64,000 nt of DNA from Longimicrobiales bacterium. Lineage in GTDB: Bacteria > Gemmatimonadota > Gemmatimonadetes > Longimicrobiales > Gaopeijiaceae. The translations under genes were made by a program, and so were the position numbers. Below are positions 19,619 to 29,119 of this stretch, one piece after another. The notes below the pieces were generated by a model, which worked only from the letters and a program-made list of their open reading frames with translations, was not told where the DNA came from and searched no databases. The stretch lies in the NCBI GenBank assembly GCA_041690395.1, contig JAWLHJ010000005.1, positions 352,001-416,000 on the forward strand, in the 5' to 3' direction. Numbering within the stretch: the first letter of the stretch is position 1; each line of letters begins with the position of its first letter.

Positions 19619-20576
19619 CGGGCCGCGGCGGATACGGCTCCTCGAGGCGGGCCACCTCCTCGTCGGTCAGCTCGACGTCGAGCGCGCCGAGCGCGTCGTC
19701 GAGGTGCGCCATCTTGGTGGCGCCGATGATGGGCGCCGTGACACCGGGGCGGCCGAGGAGCCACGCCAGGGCCACCTGCGCCCGGCTGATGCCGCGCGCT
19801 TCGGCCACCTCCCCGACCCGCCGGATGATCTCGTCGGCCTCCGGGAAGTCGTAGAGCCGCTCCGCGAAGTCGTCGCTCTCGCCGCGTGAGGTGGCGTCCT
19901 TCCGCGCGGCCGGACGGGTCAGCCATCCCCTAGCAAGCGGGCTCCAGGGGATCACCCCGATGCCCTCCTCCCGGCACAGCGGCATCATCTCACGCTCTTC
20001 CTCGCGGTAGAGCAGGTTGTAATGGTTCTGCATGGACACGAACCGGCTCCAGCCGGCCAATTCCGCCATGTACAGCGACCGCGCGAACTGCCAGGCGTAC
20101 ATGCTCGACGCGCCCACGTACCGCACGTAGCCCATCCGCACCGCGTCGTGCAGCGCCTCCAGCGTCTCCTCGATGGGCGTCGTGTCGTCCCAGCGATGGA
20201 TCTGATAGAGGTCGATGTAGTCCGTATCGAGCCGCCGCAGCGAATCCCGCACCCCGTCGAGGATATGCTTGCGGGAGAGCCCGCCCCGGTTGGGCCGGTC
20301 GGACATCGGATGATAGACCTTGGTGGCGAGGACCACCTCGTCCCGGCGCATATGCTCGTTCAGCAGCTTGCCCGTCACCTCCTCGCTCACGCCGAGCGAG
20401 TACATGTCGGCCGTGTCGAAGAAGTTGATGCCCGCCTCGACGGCGCGCCGCACGAAGGGCCGCGCGTCGTCCTCGGACAGGATCCAGGGGCGCCACTCCG
20501 GGTCGCCGTAGCTCATCATACCAAGGCAGAGACGGGAGACTTCGAGGCCGGTGCTGCCGAGCTTCACGTAATCCAT
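19602..20576 (-). CDS. Aldo/keto reductase
   Basis: VSRLCLGMM, GINFFDTADMYS, LATKV, YIDLYQIHRWD, PWSPLARG, PIIGATK. Confidence 0.95.
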   Translation of the reverse strand: MDYVKLGSTGLEVSRLCLGMMSYGDPEWRPWILSEDDARPFVRRAVEAGINFFDTADMYSLGVSEEVTGKLLNEHMRRDEVVLATKVYHPMSDRPNRGGLSRKHILDGVRDSLRRLDTDYIDLYQIHRWDDTTPIEETLEALHDAVRMGYVRYVGASSMYAWQFARSLYMAELAGWSRFVSMQNHYNLLYREEEREMMPLCREEGIGVIPWSPLARGWLTRPAARKDATSRGESDDFAERLYDFPEADEIIRRVGEVAEARGISRAQVALAWLLGRPGVTAPIIGATKMAHLDDALGALDVELTDEEVARLEEPYPPRPVRGHG

Positions 20577-20725
20577 GGGGATGTCAGGGGGTGAGGGTGA
20601 GCGGTGCGGACCTGGTCGTACCCATGTGGAGTGCGATGTGCCGCGATAGTATGCGTCATGAACTCCGTGCCCGATTCGTTGCTCGTATGTCGCCGGGAGC
20701 GTTCAACCTCGACGAGGGACCAGCC

Positions 20726-21580
20726 ATGAGACCATCGGCACTCGCAGTCCTGCTCGCCACCGGCCTCGCGGTCGCCGGGGGAAGTTGCGCTCCGGAGCAG
20801 GAGGCCTATCCGGCGAGCGCGGAGGTCGCGCGCATCCAGGCCCATCTGGCCGACGTGCTGCGCGCGCTCCGGGCGGACGCTCCGGCCCACCTCACGCCCC
20901 GGCAGCTCGCGGCGCGGCGGACGGCCATCGGCTGGCTCGAGGAGTACCGGGCCGCCGGACGGTTCCCGCACAACCACGTGCACCCCGAGGGCCGGGTGCC
21001 GGTGTTCGTCGATCCCCACGGGACGCCGTGCGCGGTCGGCCACCTGATGCTACGATCGGGCGAGCACGAGCTCGTCGAGGAGATCGTGCGGACCGACAAC
21101 CTCGTGCGCGTCCCGGAGCTGGCCGGTGACGAGCGCCTGGACGCCTGGCTGGACGAGCACGGGCTGACGCTGGCGGAGGCCGCCCGGATCCAGCCCGGAT
21201 ACGACCCGCAGCCGATCCCCATGGTCCATGTCGAGTACGACGAGACCTTCACCGTGGGCCTGTCCATCGCGACCGCGGCCCTCGCCTCCTACGCCGCGAT
21301 GGTCGAGCCGCAGGAGGCCAGGCCCTGGCTGGACGCCCTCATGATCGGCACGACCGTCGGGCACACGGCGCTGCTCGTGAATGCGGGCACCAACGACGTC
21401 GACGACGAAGCGTGGGTGATCGGGCTGAACGTGGCGGGCGCGCTCGTGGCCGCGGGATCGACCGTGGTCCGTGCGCTCGGGCGGGACGACGTCGAGGCGG
21501 ACCCGGCAGAGTCGGGCGTCCAGGCGTTCGTGGCGCCGGGCCGGTACGGAACGCAGGTCGGCCTCACCCTGCGGCACTGA
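20726..21580 (+). CDS. Hypothetical lipoprotein/membrane protein
   Basis: Signal ending GGSC; conserved-looking FPHN, PVFVD..GTPCAVGHLM, LTLAEAARIQPGY. Confidence 0.7.
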   Translation: MRPSALAVLLATGLAVAGGSCAPEQEAYPASAEVARIQAHLADVLRALRADAPAHLTPRQLAARRTAIGWLEEYRAAGRFPHNHVHPEGRVPVFVDPHGTPCAVGHLMLRSGEHELVEEIVRTDNLVRVPELAGDERLDAWLDEHGLTLAEAARIQPGYDPQPIPMVHVEYDETFTVGLSIATAALASYAAMVEPQEARPWLDALMIGTTVGHTALLVNAGTNDVDDEAWVIGLNVAGALVAAGSTVVRALGRDDVEADPAESGVQAFVAPGRYGTQVGLTLRH

Positions 21581-21586
21581 GAGGGC

Positions 21587-21976
21587 TCAGCCCCTCATCG
21601 CGAGCATGATGCCCGCCACCAGTGCCATGAGCGCGCCGATGAAGACCAGCAACACCATCACCTTGAACGCGGACGACAGCTTGTCGAGCGCGGTCATGAG
21701 ATGTTGCACGTCGTTGCCGGCGGTCGATACGACGTCGGACATCGCCGACGCGGCGCCCCGGAAGTACACGCCGACCCCGATGTAGACGCCGCCCATGATG
21801 AGACCCGCAATGAGGTCTTCCGGGTCCAGAATCCCGCCGATGATCATCAAGGCGCCGCTCACGATCGCGATCCAGGACCAGTAGCCGATCCACTTCCCGG
21901 CTGTGCCGATGATCTGGTTCTCGTGGGGTCCGAACTCGTGCGAGCTGGGCTGCGGAGAAGGGGTGGTGGCTTCCAT
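21587..21976 (-). CDS. Small three-TM membrane protein
   Basis: Hydrophobic helices; start uncertain (21976 or 22036). Confidence 0.65.
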   Translation of the reverse strand: MEATTPSPQPSSHEFGPHENQIIGTAGKWIGYWSWIAIVSGALMIIGGILDPEDLIAGLIMGGVYIGVGVYFRGAASAMSDVVSTAGNDVQHLMTALDKLSSAFKVMVLLVFIGALMALVAGIMLAMRG

Positions 21977-22066
21977 GGTCGTGCCGCCTTGCTGAATCGT
22001 CCGGTGGTCGAGCACGCAAGGTGAGACGGTCGGCACCGCGGGGAAAGGCGACGTCGTACCGGGGTG

Positions 22067-23032
22067 TTACGCGCCTCTCAGCTCTTTCAGGCTGGCGAGG
22101 GCCGGAGCCACGACCCGCGTGGCAAGGGGGATCACCAGGAGCCCAAGCGCGAGCCCGAAGATCCCGTCCAGCGAGGCGGTGACGAACCACTCGGTGAAGC
22201 CGGAGGCCACCGGCGCCGCCTCCGCGGCGGCCTCGGCCACGTCGTGGATCCACCCGTAGGGGGCCCCGAACCCCAGCTCGTCGAGGCCGTGGAGAATGAT
22301 GTTGCCGCCGACCCAGAGCATGGCGGCGGTGCCCACGATGGCGATGACCTCCATGACCGCGGGCATGGCCTTCACGATGCCCCGCCCGAGGGCCCGGACG
22401 GAAGGCACGCCCTCGGTCTGGCTCAGGCGAAGCCCGAAGTCGTCGGCCTTGATCAGGAGGGCCACGGCGCCGTAGACGAGCGCGGTGATGCCCACGGCCA
22501 CCACCAGAAGGACCACGCCCTGGGTGATGAGCCCCTCGGCCTCCACCACCGAGAGCGCCATGGCCATGATCTCGGCCGAAAGGATGAAGTCCGTCTTGAT
22601 GGCGCCTTTCACCCGTCGTTCCTCCAGGTGGGCGGCGTCCAGCGTCACGGGCCTCTTCTCTTCGGCGTGCCCACCCCGATGCGCGACGAGGTGCCACACC
22701 TTCTCGGCCCCTTCGAAGCAGAGGTAGGTCCCGCCCAGCATGAGGAGGGGCGTCAGCACCCACGGGGCGAAGGCCGAGAGGACGAGCGCCGCCGGGAGGA
22801 GGATCACCACCTTGTTGAAGAGCGATCCCCGGGCGATGCGGAAGACGATGGGCACTTCCCGGGCGGCCGGGAGGCCGTGCACGTACTTCGGCGTCACGGC
22901 CCCGTCGTCGATGACCAGGCCGGCGGCCTTGGTCCCGGCCTTGGCCGCGTGGGCCGCCACGTCGTCGAGCTGGGCCGCCGCCAGCTTGGCCAGGGCGGCG
23001 ACGTCGTCGAGGAGGGCGAGGAGTCCGGTCAT
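22067..23032 (-). CDS. DUF808 (YedI-like) inner membrane protein
   Basis: GLLALLDDVA, KAAGLVIDD.AVTP.YV, GSLFNK, YLCFEGAEK, GAIKTDFILSAEIM, VGTAAMLWVGG. Confidence 0.92.
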   Translation of the reverse strand: MTGLLALLDDVAALAKLAAAQLDDVAAHAAKAGTKAAGLVIDDGAVTPKYVHGLPAAREVPIVFRIARGSLFNKVVILLPAALVLSAFAPWVLTPLLMLGGTYLCFEGAEKVWHLVAHRGGHAEEKRPVTLDAAHLEERRVKGAIKTDFILSAEIMAMALSVVEAEGLITQGVVLLVVAVGITALVYGAVALLIKADDFGLRLSQTEGVPSVRALGRGIVKAMPAVMEVIAIVGTAAMLWVGGNIILHGLDELGFGAPYGWIHDVAEAAAEAAPVASGFTEWFVTASLDGIFGLALGLLVIPLATRVVAPALASLKELRGA

Positions 23033-23077
23033 GCGAGAAGGCTAGTCGCGGGGGAGGGAGTCCGCTACCGGGCATCC

Positions 23078-23105
23078 TTCACCTTTCGGCCCCGCGCCGT
23101 ATCTT
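23078..23105 (+). promoter_or_regulatory. Possible sigma70-type promoter of tRNA-Lys
   Basis: TTCACC-N16-TATCTT, ending 8 bp before the tRNA. Confidence 0.35.
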
Positions 23106-23113
23106 CCGGGTCA

Positions 23114-23186
23114 GACCCGGTAGCTCAGCTGGTAGAGCAACTGACTTTTAATCAGTAGGTCCTGGGTTCGATCCCCAGCCGGGTCA
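23114..23186 (+). tRNA. tRNA-Lys (anticodon TTT)
   Basis: Cloverleaf: acceptor GACCCGG/CCGGGTC, D arm GCTC/GAGC, anticodon arm ACTGA-CTTTTAA-TCAGT, T arm CTGGG-TTCGATC-CCCAG; CCA not encoded. Confidence 0.97.
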
Positions 23187-23335
23187 CTAGCGTAAGCTCT
23201 ATTCCCTTAGCCTAATAGGGGGTTCGGGATGGCAGCCTGTTCTTCGAGACGGCCGGAAATGTGTGCGAGCTGTGTGCCGGGAGCGCTGACCAGTCCGGCA
23301 CATTCATTCGGAGTGGTTCGACTGGAGACCGAGGG

Positions 23336-24697
23336 ATGAGGGAGGGGCAGCTTGCCAGTCTCATTCGGGACGTTGGCGAGGAGACCGTCTCTCAGAGTCT
23401 CCCAACCAAGTACAGTCGTATTAAGCCGATTCTGGCCAGCATTACGGACCTTCCGGAGAACGGCATTGACGTCAAGAGGGTCGGCAAGTCTGGCGATGCC
23501 GGGACGCGTCTGGACGCAGTGGGGAGCAACAAGGCCAAGCAAGGACTCGGCGAGGATGATCCGTACCTTGCGGCGATAGTGTACACCGGTGACGAGGAGG
23601 GGGACTTCGCAAACCTCTGCCGGATTCTCCAGCGAGAGCTTCCGGGGACTGGCAGTGCCATCGTCTTTGACAAACGTGCCGATTACGCTGCGACGAGGAT
23701 TTTCGCCAGGGACCTTGAGCAGGGGGCTCTGGATCGTCTGGTTTCGTCTCTTGACCTGGACGTAAACGTCATTGAGCGACTGAACCAGACCCCGGGCGAG
23801 ATCGCTTTAGACCCCAGCAACGACTTCCCGGAAGAGGTCTTTGAGGGTGCAGCCCTGGATCGGGCAGAGTTCGAGCAGTTGCTGGACCTGCTTCGGCGAA
23901 AGAAGAACGTGATTCTTCAGGGTCCGCCAGGCGTCGGCAAGACGTTCATGGCAAAGCGGCTCGCTCAGGTCCTCTCGGACGGGCACCCGGACCGCTCCAG
24001 GGTCGTGCAGTTTCACCAATCATTCTCATACGAAGACTTCGTCCGCGGTTGGCGGCCGAAGGAGTCCGGCGGATTCGAGGTGGAAGACGGGGTGTTCCAC
24101 CGATTCTGCACCATCGCTGGCCGGTTCCCGAAGGATCAGCCCTGCGTCTTCATCATAGACGAGATCAATCGCGGCAACGTCGCCGGCATCTTCGGTGAGC
24201 TCCTGGTCCTCATGGAAAGAGACAAACGGGACGAGCGGTATGCAGTGGAGCTGCCGAACCGGAAGGACGGTGAGGGTAGGTTCTTCGTCCCTCCCAACGT
24301 CTTCATGTTGGGATTGATGAATACTGCAGACCGGTCGCTCGCTTTGGTTGACTACGCCCTCAGGCGTCGCTTCGCATTCCATGCACTACAGCCTCTTTAC
24401 GGCACCGAGATATTCCGCGAATTCTTGGCCGAGCAGGGAGTTCCGGGCGACCTGGTGGAGCGGATCAACGAGCGGATGATGATGCTCAATCAGCTCATCG
24501 TTGATGACGGCAACCTCGGGGCAGGCTTCCGGGTTGGTCACAGCTTCTTCTGTCCGTCGCAGGCTGACAAGGAGCGGGGGCTGGATGAGGCGTGGTATAC
24601 GGGCGTAGTGGAGACCGAGATCGCCCCGCTGCTGGCCGAGTATTGGTTTGATGACCCAGGGAGAGCCAGGAACCTGGCCGCCGAACTTCTAGGGTGA
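23336..24697 (+). CDS. mcrB: McrB family AAA+ GTPase
   Basis: ILQGPPGVGKT, VQFHQSFSYEDFVRG, IIDEINRGN, MNTADRSLALVDYALRRRF, GHSFF, PLLAEYWFD. Start uncertain (23261 or 23336). Confidence 0.95.
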   Translation: MREGQLASLIRDVGEETVSQSLPTKYSRIKPILASITDLPENGIDVKRVGKSGDAGTRLDAVGSNKAKQGLGEDDPYLAAIVYTGDEEGDFANLCRILQRELPGTGSAIVFDKRADYAATRIFARDLEQGALDRLVSSLDLDVNVIERLNQTPGEIALDPSNDFPEEVFEGAALDRAEFEQLLDLLRRKKNVILQGPPGVGKTFMAKRLAQVLSDGHPDRSRVVQFHQSFSYEDFVRGWRPKESGGFEVEDGVFHRFCTIAGRFPKDQPCVFIIDEINRGNVAGIFGELLVLMERDKRDERYAVELPNRKDGEGRFFVPPNVFMLGLMNTADRSLALVDYALRRRFAFHALQPLYGTEIFREFLAEQGVPGDLVERINERMMMLNQLIVDDGNLGAGFRVGHSFFCPSQADKERGLDEAWYTGVVETEIAPLLAEYWFDDPGRARNLAAELLG

Positions 24698-25713
24698 AGA
24701 TTCCAGTCCGGAATCTCTACTACCTGCTCGCGTACGCCTGGGACCGGCTCCAGGAAGCAGAGCGGATCTCGGTGGGAGCCGAAGAGGTGCACGACCTCAC
24801 GAATCTCCTGGCCCGGGTGCTCGAGGGGGCGGCCAACATACTGATCCGCCGAGGGATTGACCGGGGGTACGCGACTTCGACCGCAGAAGTTCGGGGTATA
24901 CGGGGCCAGATTGACTTCTCTGGCTCGCTGCGGCGGATGTCGTTCGAAAGAGGGCGCGCCGTATGTTCCTTCGACCTCTTGTCGGAGGACGTTCAACACA
25001 ACCGGATTCTGAAAGCCGCGGTCAGGAAGCTGGTGGGCTCCGGTGAGCTCGATCCCTCGATCGAGGCCGGGTTGGTGCGGCTGTTGAGCAGGCTTTCTGG
25101 GGTGACTGACATCAATCTTGACCCCGGGGCATTCCGGAGCGTCCAACTGAGCCGGAACAGCCGGCTCTACGGTTTCGTCATGGATGTCTGCCGGCTTGTC
25201 TGCGACGGCCTGCTGCCCACCGAGGATCCTGGTCGGCGGTCGTTCGCACGCTTTTTGGGGAGCGACCAGGAGATGGGGCGTCTGTTCGAGTCGTTCGTGC
25301 GCAATTTCCTCACACGAGAGCAGGCAGCGTTCGCGGTGAGCTCCCCTGACCTCGGGTGGAGAACCATCGAGTCCGACAGGGAATCTGCTCGCCTGCTTCC
25401 CGGAATGAAGCTTGACGTCCTCCTTGAGCGATCTGACCGACGCATCGTTCTGGAGACCAAGTTCTACTCGCGGCCGCTGGCGGGGTTCTACGGTGTCGCG
25501 CGGTTGAGATCCCAGCATCTCTATCAGTTGACCACTTACATGGACAACCTCAGGGACGGTCCCCCTGCCGAGGGAGTGCTGTTATACGCCTGGTCTGGCG
25601 AGGGCTTTGACGTCAGCTATCAGTACCGTGGGCGCCCGCTTCGCGCCCTTACCCTCGATCTCGGCCAGCACTGGGAGTCAATCAGCTCGGATCTCAAGGA
25701 TATATCCGCTTGA
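24694..25713 (+). CDS. mcrC: McrC family PD-(D/E)XK nuclease subunit
   Basis: IPVRNLYYLLAYAWD, LFESFVRNF, MKLDVLL..ETKFY, HLYQLTTY, GVLLY; GTGA overlap with mcrB. Confidence 0.93.
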   Translation: MKIPVRNLYYLLAYAWDRLQEAERISVGAEEVHDLTNLLARVLEGAANILIRRGIDRGYATSTAEVRGIRGQIDFSGSLRRMSFERGRAVCSFDLLSEDVQHNRILKAAVRKLVGSGELDPSIEAGLVRLLSRLSGVTDINLDPGAFRSVQLSRNSRLYGFVMDVCRLVCDGLLPTEDPGRRSFARFLGSDQEMGRLFESFVRNFLTREQAAFAVSSPDLGWRTIESDRESARLLPGMKLDVLLERSDRRIVLETKFYSRPLAGFYGVARLRSQHLYQLTTYMDNLRDGPPAEGVLLYAWSGEGFDVSYQYRGRPLRALTLDLGQHWESISSDLKDISA

Positions 25714-25725
25714 GGTATCGGCCGT

Positions 25726-26880
25726 CTACACTTCGGCGAGGTCACTCATCGTCGCGAGGTGGGCCTCCAGGGCAGACGCGAAGTCGTCTGGATACCTCAG
25801 GCTGCTCTTCTTGAGCCGGCCGAAGAAACCGGACGTTGCGCGCCGGGAGAGGGGCTTAGGCTCGAACTCGAGGAATCGGTCGAGTGGTGGAATCGCTTCG
25901 CGCCTCGGCCACTCGCTCACGTCTACGGTCCATCTGCCGTCCTTCTTCGAGCCCCAGGCGGCCGTGGGCCAGGAGCGTTCCCGCACCAATCGCTCCGAAC
26001 CCAGTGGTAGCGCGCCTTGAGATCGGGTTAGCACCTCCCCGACCCAGGCCGCAGCATCCACCGACACGGCATTGCCGACGAGCTTCCAGCGCAGGGTTGC
26101 CCGCCCTACGGCCTCGGCCGGGAGGGTCCAATCGACCGGAAAGCCTTGGAGGCGCTCGGCGTCGCGAAGATGCGGGGTCACGATCTTTCCGTCCGGCAAC
26201 CAGATGGCAGGCGGGGACGGTATCCCGAGGCCTGAGCCTCCCTTCAGTGTGGGTATGGCATCTACTGCCCATCCGAGTCCGCGGGTCCCCTCGGTCCAAT
26301 AGAATCCACAAGCCCGACCGGTGTGGTCTGGCCTACCTGGTTCGGCGGCGTTCTCGGAAAAAAGCAGTGTCGCAGGATTGACCGACGGTCCCTTGGCGGC
26401 GAGTAGATAGACACGGCGACGTCGTTGGGGAAGACCGAACGCCCGTGAGTCCACGACCCGGTAAGCCCACCTGTAGCCGCGCTCCTCAAACTGCCGGACG
26501 AGATACTCCATCGCTTGGCCGCGGCCCAGCTGCAGCATGAACGGCACGTTCTCGATCAGGACCCACGGTACGTCAGACTCGTCGATCATCCGGAACACAT
26601 GGGAAACGAGACCGGACTGGTCGCCTTTAATGCCCTTGGTCTGACCTGCCTGCGACAGGTCCTGGCAGGGAAAGCCTGCGGTCAGCAGCTCCACACCGCT
26701 TGGCAGGCTGAGGTCCCGAACGTCTTCGTGGTGTGCGTCTTCCGGAACATGCGGAAAGCGTTTTTTGAGGACTGCGGACGCTGAAGGGTCGTTTTCGCAG
26801 AACAGGACCGTCTCGTGTCCGGATCGTGCGAGGCCGAGCTCGATGCCCCCGATGCCTGCGAACAGCGCGGCGACCTTCAT
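25726..26880 (-). CDS. dcm: DNA (cytosine-5)-methyltransferase
   Basis: LFAGIGG, GFPCQDLS, IENV, PQRRRRVY, ERLQGFP, GNAV. Confidence 0.96.
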   Translation of the reverse strand: MKVAALFAGIGGIELGLARSGHETVLFCENDPSASAVLKKRFPHVPEDAHHEDVRDLSLPSGVELLTAGFPCQDLSQAGQTKGIKGDQSGLVSHVFRMIDESDVPWVLIENVPFMLQLGRGQAMEYLVRQFEERGYRWAYRVVDSRAFGLPQRRRRVYLLAAKGPSVNPATLLFSENAAEPGRPDHTGRACGFYWTEGTRGLGWAVDAIPTLKGGSGLGIPSPPAIWLPDGKIVTPHLRDAERLQGFPVDWTLPAEAVGRATLRWKLVGNAVSVDAAAWVGEVLTRSQGALPLGSERLVRERSWPTAAWGSKKDGRWTVDVSEWPRREAIPPLDRFLEFEPKPLSRRATSGFFGRLKKSSLRYPDDFASALEAHLATMSDLAEV

Positions 26881-27353
26881 TCCGCTCCCTGGGGTTGAGG
26901 GTGGGTCGAGGACTTCAAGGAGGCCAGACGGGCCAGGACTTCCTCAGGATCTCGCAACGCACACTCCCAGATGATTCGCACCGTGTAACCCTTCTCCCTC
27001 AAAGCCCTGACTGCCGCGGCGTCCCGCCGTCGGTTTGTCTCGATCTTCTCGCGCCAGAAGTCGGAGTTCTTGAGGGGGATTCGGTATCCCCGCCCGCCCT
27101 TCGTCTTCGCGCAGTTCTTGTGTCCGTGCCAGAAGCACCCGTGGACGAAGATCGCCCACTGTCTCTTCCGATTGGCGAGATCGGGAGACCCGGGAAGATC
27201 GCGGTTCCGGGTCCGGTACCGAAGGCCGAGCCCGTGCGCCATCGATCGGACGCTGATTTCGGGCTTCGTGTCCCGCTGCCGGACTGCCGCCATCATCCGA
27301 GAGCGCACTTCAGCCGGTACGATGTCGCCTTCGGTCGCTTGGTCGCCTCTCAT
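26877..27353 (-). CDS. vsr: Very short patch repair endonuclease
   Basis: RSRMMAAVRQRDTKPE, LPGSPD, FVHGCFWHGH, IWEC; overlaps dcm by 4 bp. Confidence 0.95.
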   Translation of the reverse strand: MRGDQATEGDIVPAEVRSRMMAAVRQRDTKPEISVRSMAHGLGLRYRTRNRDLPGSPDLANRKRQWAIFVHGCFWHGHKNCAKTKGGRGYRIPLKNSDFWREKIETNRRRDAAAVRALREKGYTVRIIWECALRDPEEVLARLASLKSSTHPQPQGAE

Positions 27354-27762
27354 GTATAACCCCCGGGCGGGCCCTTCTCCATGTCGCTATGGGACGAATG
27401 GGTCATTCACCGGCCCCCGAGAAGAGCATCGCCTCCAAGCGTTCCGCCGCGCCGTCCTGCATGGTCTGGAGCCCCTTGCGCCGGCCGGTATGCCTAGCAG
27501 GCCTGTCTCTGGCCAGGTTCGCTGCTCGACCGACCGAGGTCGCCGTGAGTCGGATCATATTCATCGGACCACGGTGTCGTCCTCCATCGTCGTGACTCAT
27601 AACAACCCGACACTAAGGATCCGTTTGCACTCGTGGCCTCGTTGGAGGTTGGGGTTCAACTCGCGGCCTCGCCTCTTGTAATGCTGCGTTCGGCTTGCCT
27701 TCTACTCGTTGAGAGGGCAATCCTCGCCGCCGACAGCCGGCGGCAACAACTCAGGAGGCCGA

Positions 27763-27987
27763 ATGACTGACGCAAACAACCACGAGGTAGACCAGAACCA
27801 GGCCCTGGAATCACTCAACTGGGGACCGGACAGCCCGAAGGGCGGTCGGGTCGTCATGGGCCGGATCCTGAAGGAAAGCGCCACCGTGCCCCTCTTCTTC
27901 GGTCAGACCATAATCCAGTCCCTCCAAGACATGGCGTATAACGATACCACGTCTGCCTTGTGCGAACACGTCTACTCAGCCATTCAG
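27763..27987 (+). pseudogene. 5' remnant of a GHKL (Hsp90/MORC-like) ATPase
   Basis: AGGAGG plus ATG 27763; QSLQDMAYNDTTSALCEHVYSAIQ resembles the SLRDxGY..AxxExxDNAxxA N-box, with DN degenerated; truncated. Confidence 0.55.
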
Positions 27988-27997
27988 AGGAGGAGCA

Positions 27998-28203
27998 GTG
28001 CAAACGAAGCAGCCGTACATGACCGCCGAGGAGATCGCACACCGTTGGGGAGTGCATCGAGACACCATCTACAAGCTGCGGCCGAGAGGACTCCGTACCT
28101 GAAGCCGGGTCCGAACACCCGTTGCTACCGAGCGGAGGACGTAGAGGCGTTTGAGATCTCGCGGGCCGTGGGAGAGGAGGGTCCTGCCGGCGGCCGCACC
28201 TAG
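27998..28203 (+). pseudogene. Frameshifted excisionase-like HTH protein (Xis/HTH_17)
   Basis: GAGGAGG RBS, GTG 27998: QTKQPYMTAEEIAHRWGVHRDTIYKLRPRGL. Restoring one C near 28092 continues PYLKPGPNTRCYRAEDVEAFE. Confidence 0.75.
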
Positions 28204-28799
28204 CGATTGGCCAGCCACCAACTCACGACACGCACGGCTTCCGGGAAGCCGGTGTCCCCAAGCGTGGGAATCTCTGCGTCAACTGGAGCATCGGAGTCGA
28301 AGTACCGCGTCCGAACTCGATTCGCCTCTAGCAACCGCGTGAGCAGGGACTCCGCATCTGAGCCAAGCCAGGCAGAGCCCGGCGGCGCCACCAGGGGCTC
28401 CTCGCTATCAAGTCGAATATACTGGTCGGAGGTCACGGTTTCCCGGCCCCCTCTACTGAGGTAGATCGCGAGGAGTCCGTCCTCCCCATAGAGGAGGGTT
28501 AGAGGGCCGGTGCCTACACGCCTGTCCGCAAGAATCGCCCGATTCTGGACGAGGCATTGAGAGTCATCGGTCATTGCGTCGGTCGCACAGCCGAGGAGCG
28601 CCCAACTTCCGACGTGGCCGCTCATATCGTCGTAGACCTCGAACTCCTGGTCACCCACCTGCCCAAGTCGAACGGATCCGAATTCTGTCGACTCCAGTTC
28701 GTGGGGCAGCGGGAACGGGACCTCCTGAGCTCGTGCCGCGCTCGCCACGACCAAGACCGTGATAGCTGTGAGCAGCGAAATCCTCATTCGTCCAACCAT
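28200..28799 (-). CDS. Secreted hypothetical protein
   Basis: Signal peptide ending ARA; cysteine pair in C..DAMTDDSQC. Confidence 0.65.
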   Translation of the reverse strand: MVGRMRISLLTAITVLVVASAARAQEVPFPLPHELESTEFGSVRLGQVGDQEFEVYDDMSGHVGSWALLGCATDAMTDDSQCLVQNRAILADRRVGTGPLTLLYGEDGLLAIYLSRGGRETVTSDQYIRLDSEEPLVAPPGSAWLGSDAESLLTRLLEANRVRTRYFDSDAPVDAEIPTLGDTGFPEAVRVVSWWLANR

Positions 28800-28831
28800 G
28801 TAGGGGTATGTGACTCATAGTCCGTAGACTG

Positions 28832-29029
28832 ATGGTCCACGAGAAAGCTCTCGTGCTTGCGTGGCAAGATCACGGGCGCGGGAGGGAGCTCGCAATGCTG
28901 ACCGGAGTCGAAGCGCATGCTAGGCGGGCCTCGTTCAAGAAGGGTGTGTTGCTTGTGGGTGCGGCACACCGAGACCCCCTATTGAGGAAGTCGCAGTTGG
29001 CTCCGCCGCGATGGACCGTCTCCGGTTGA
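28832..29029 (+). pseudogene. 3' remnant of a cassette gene (GAAHR motif)
   Basis: RELAML..F..GVLLVGAAHR..L reads as a protein C-terminus; ends about 90 bp before the first attC-like repeat. Confidence 0.4.
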
Positions 29030-29119
29030 ATGCGAGTTCGATTGGGAGCTTGAGGACGGGAGTCACTAAAGTCGTGGGCGACTCGCGAATCGTTGAGTAG
29101 GCGGTCGGGCAGCGACTTC

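Noticed and set aside
27597..27660. TCATAAC as the start of another attC
   Set aside because: No family inner boxes or matching right arm follow.
27709..28203. 164-aa ORF as one real protein
   Set aside because: It is a chance read-through of the GHKL stump and the out-of-frame xis relic.
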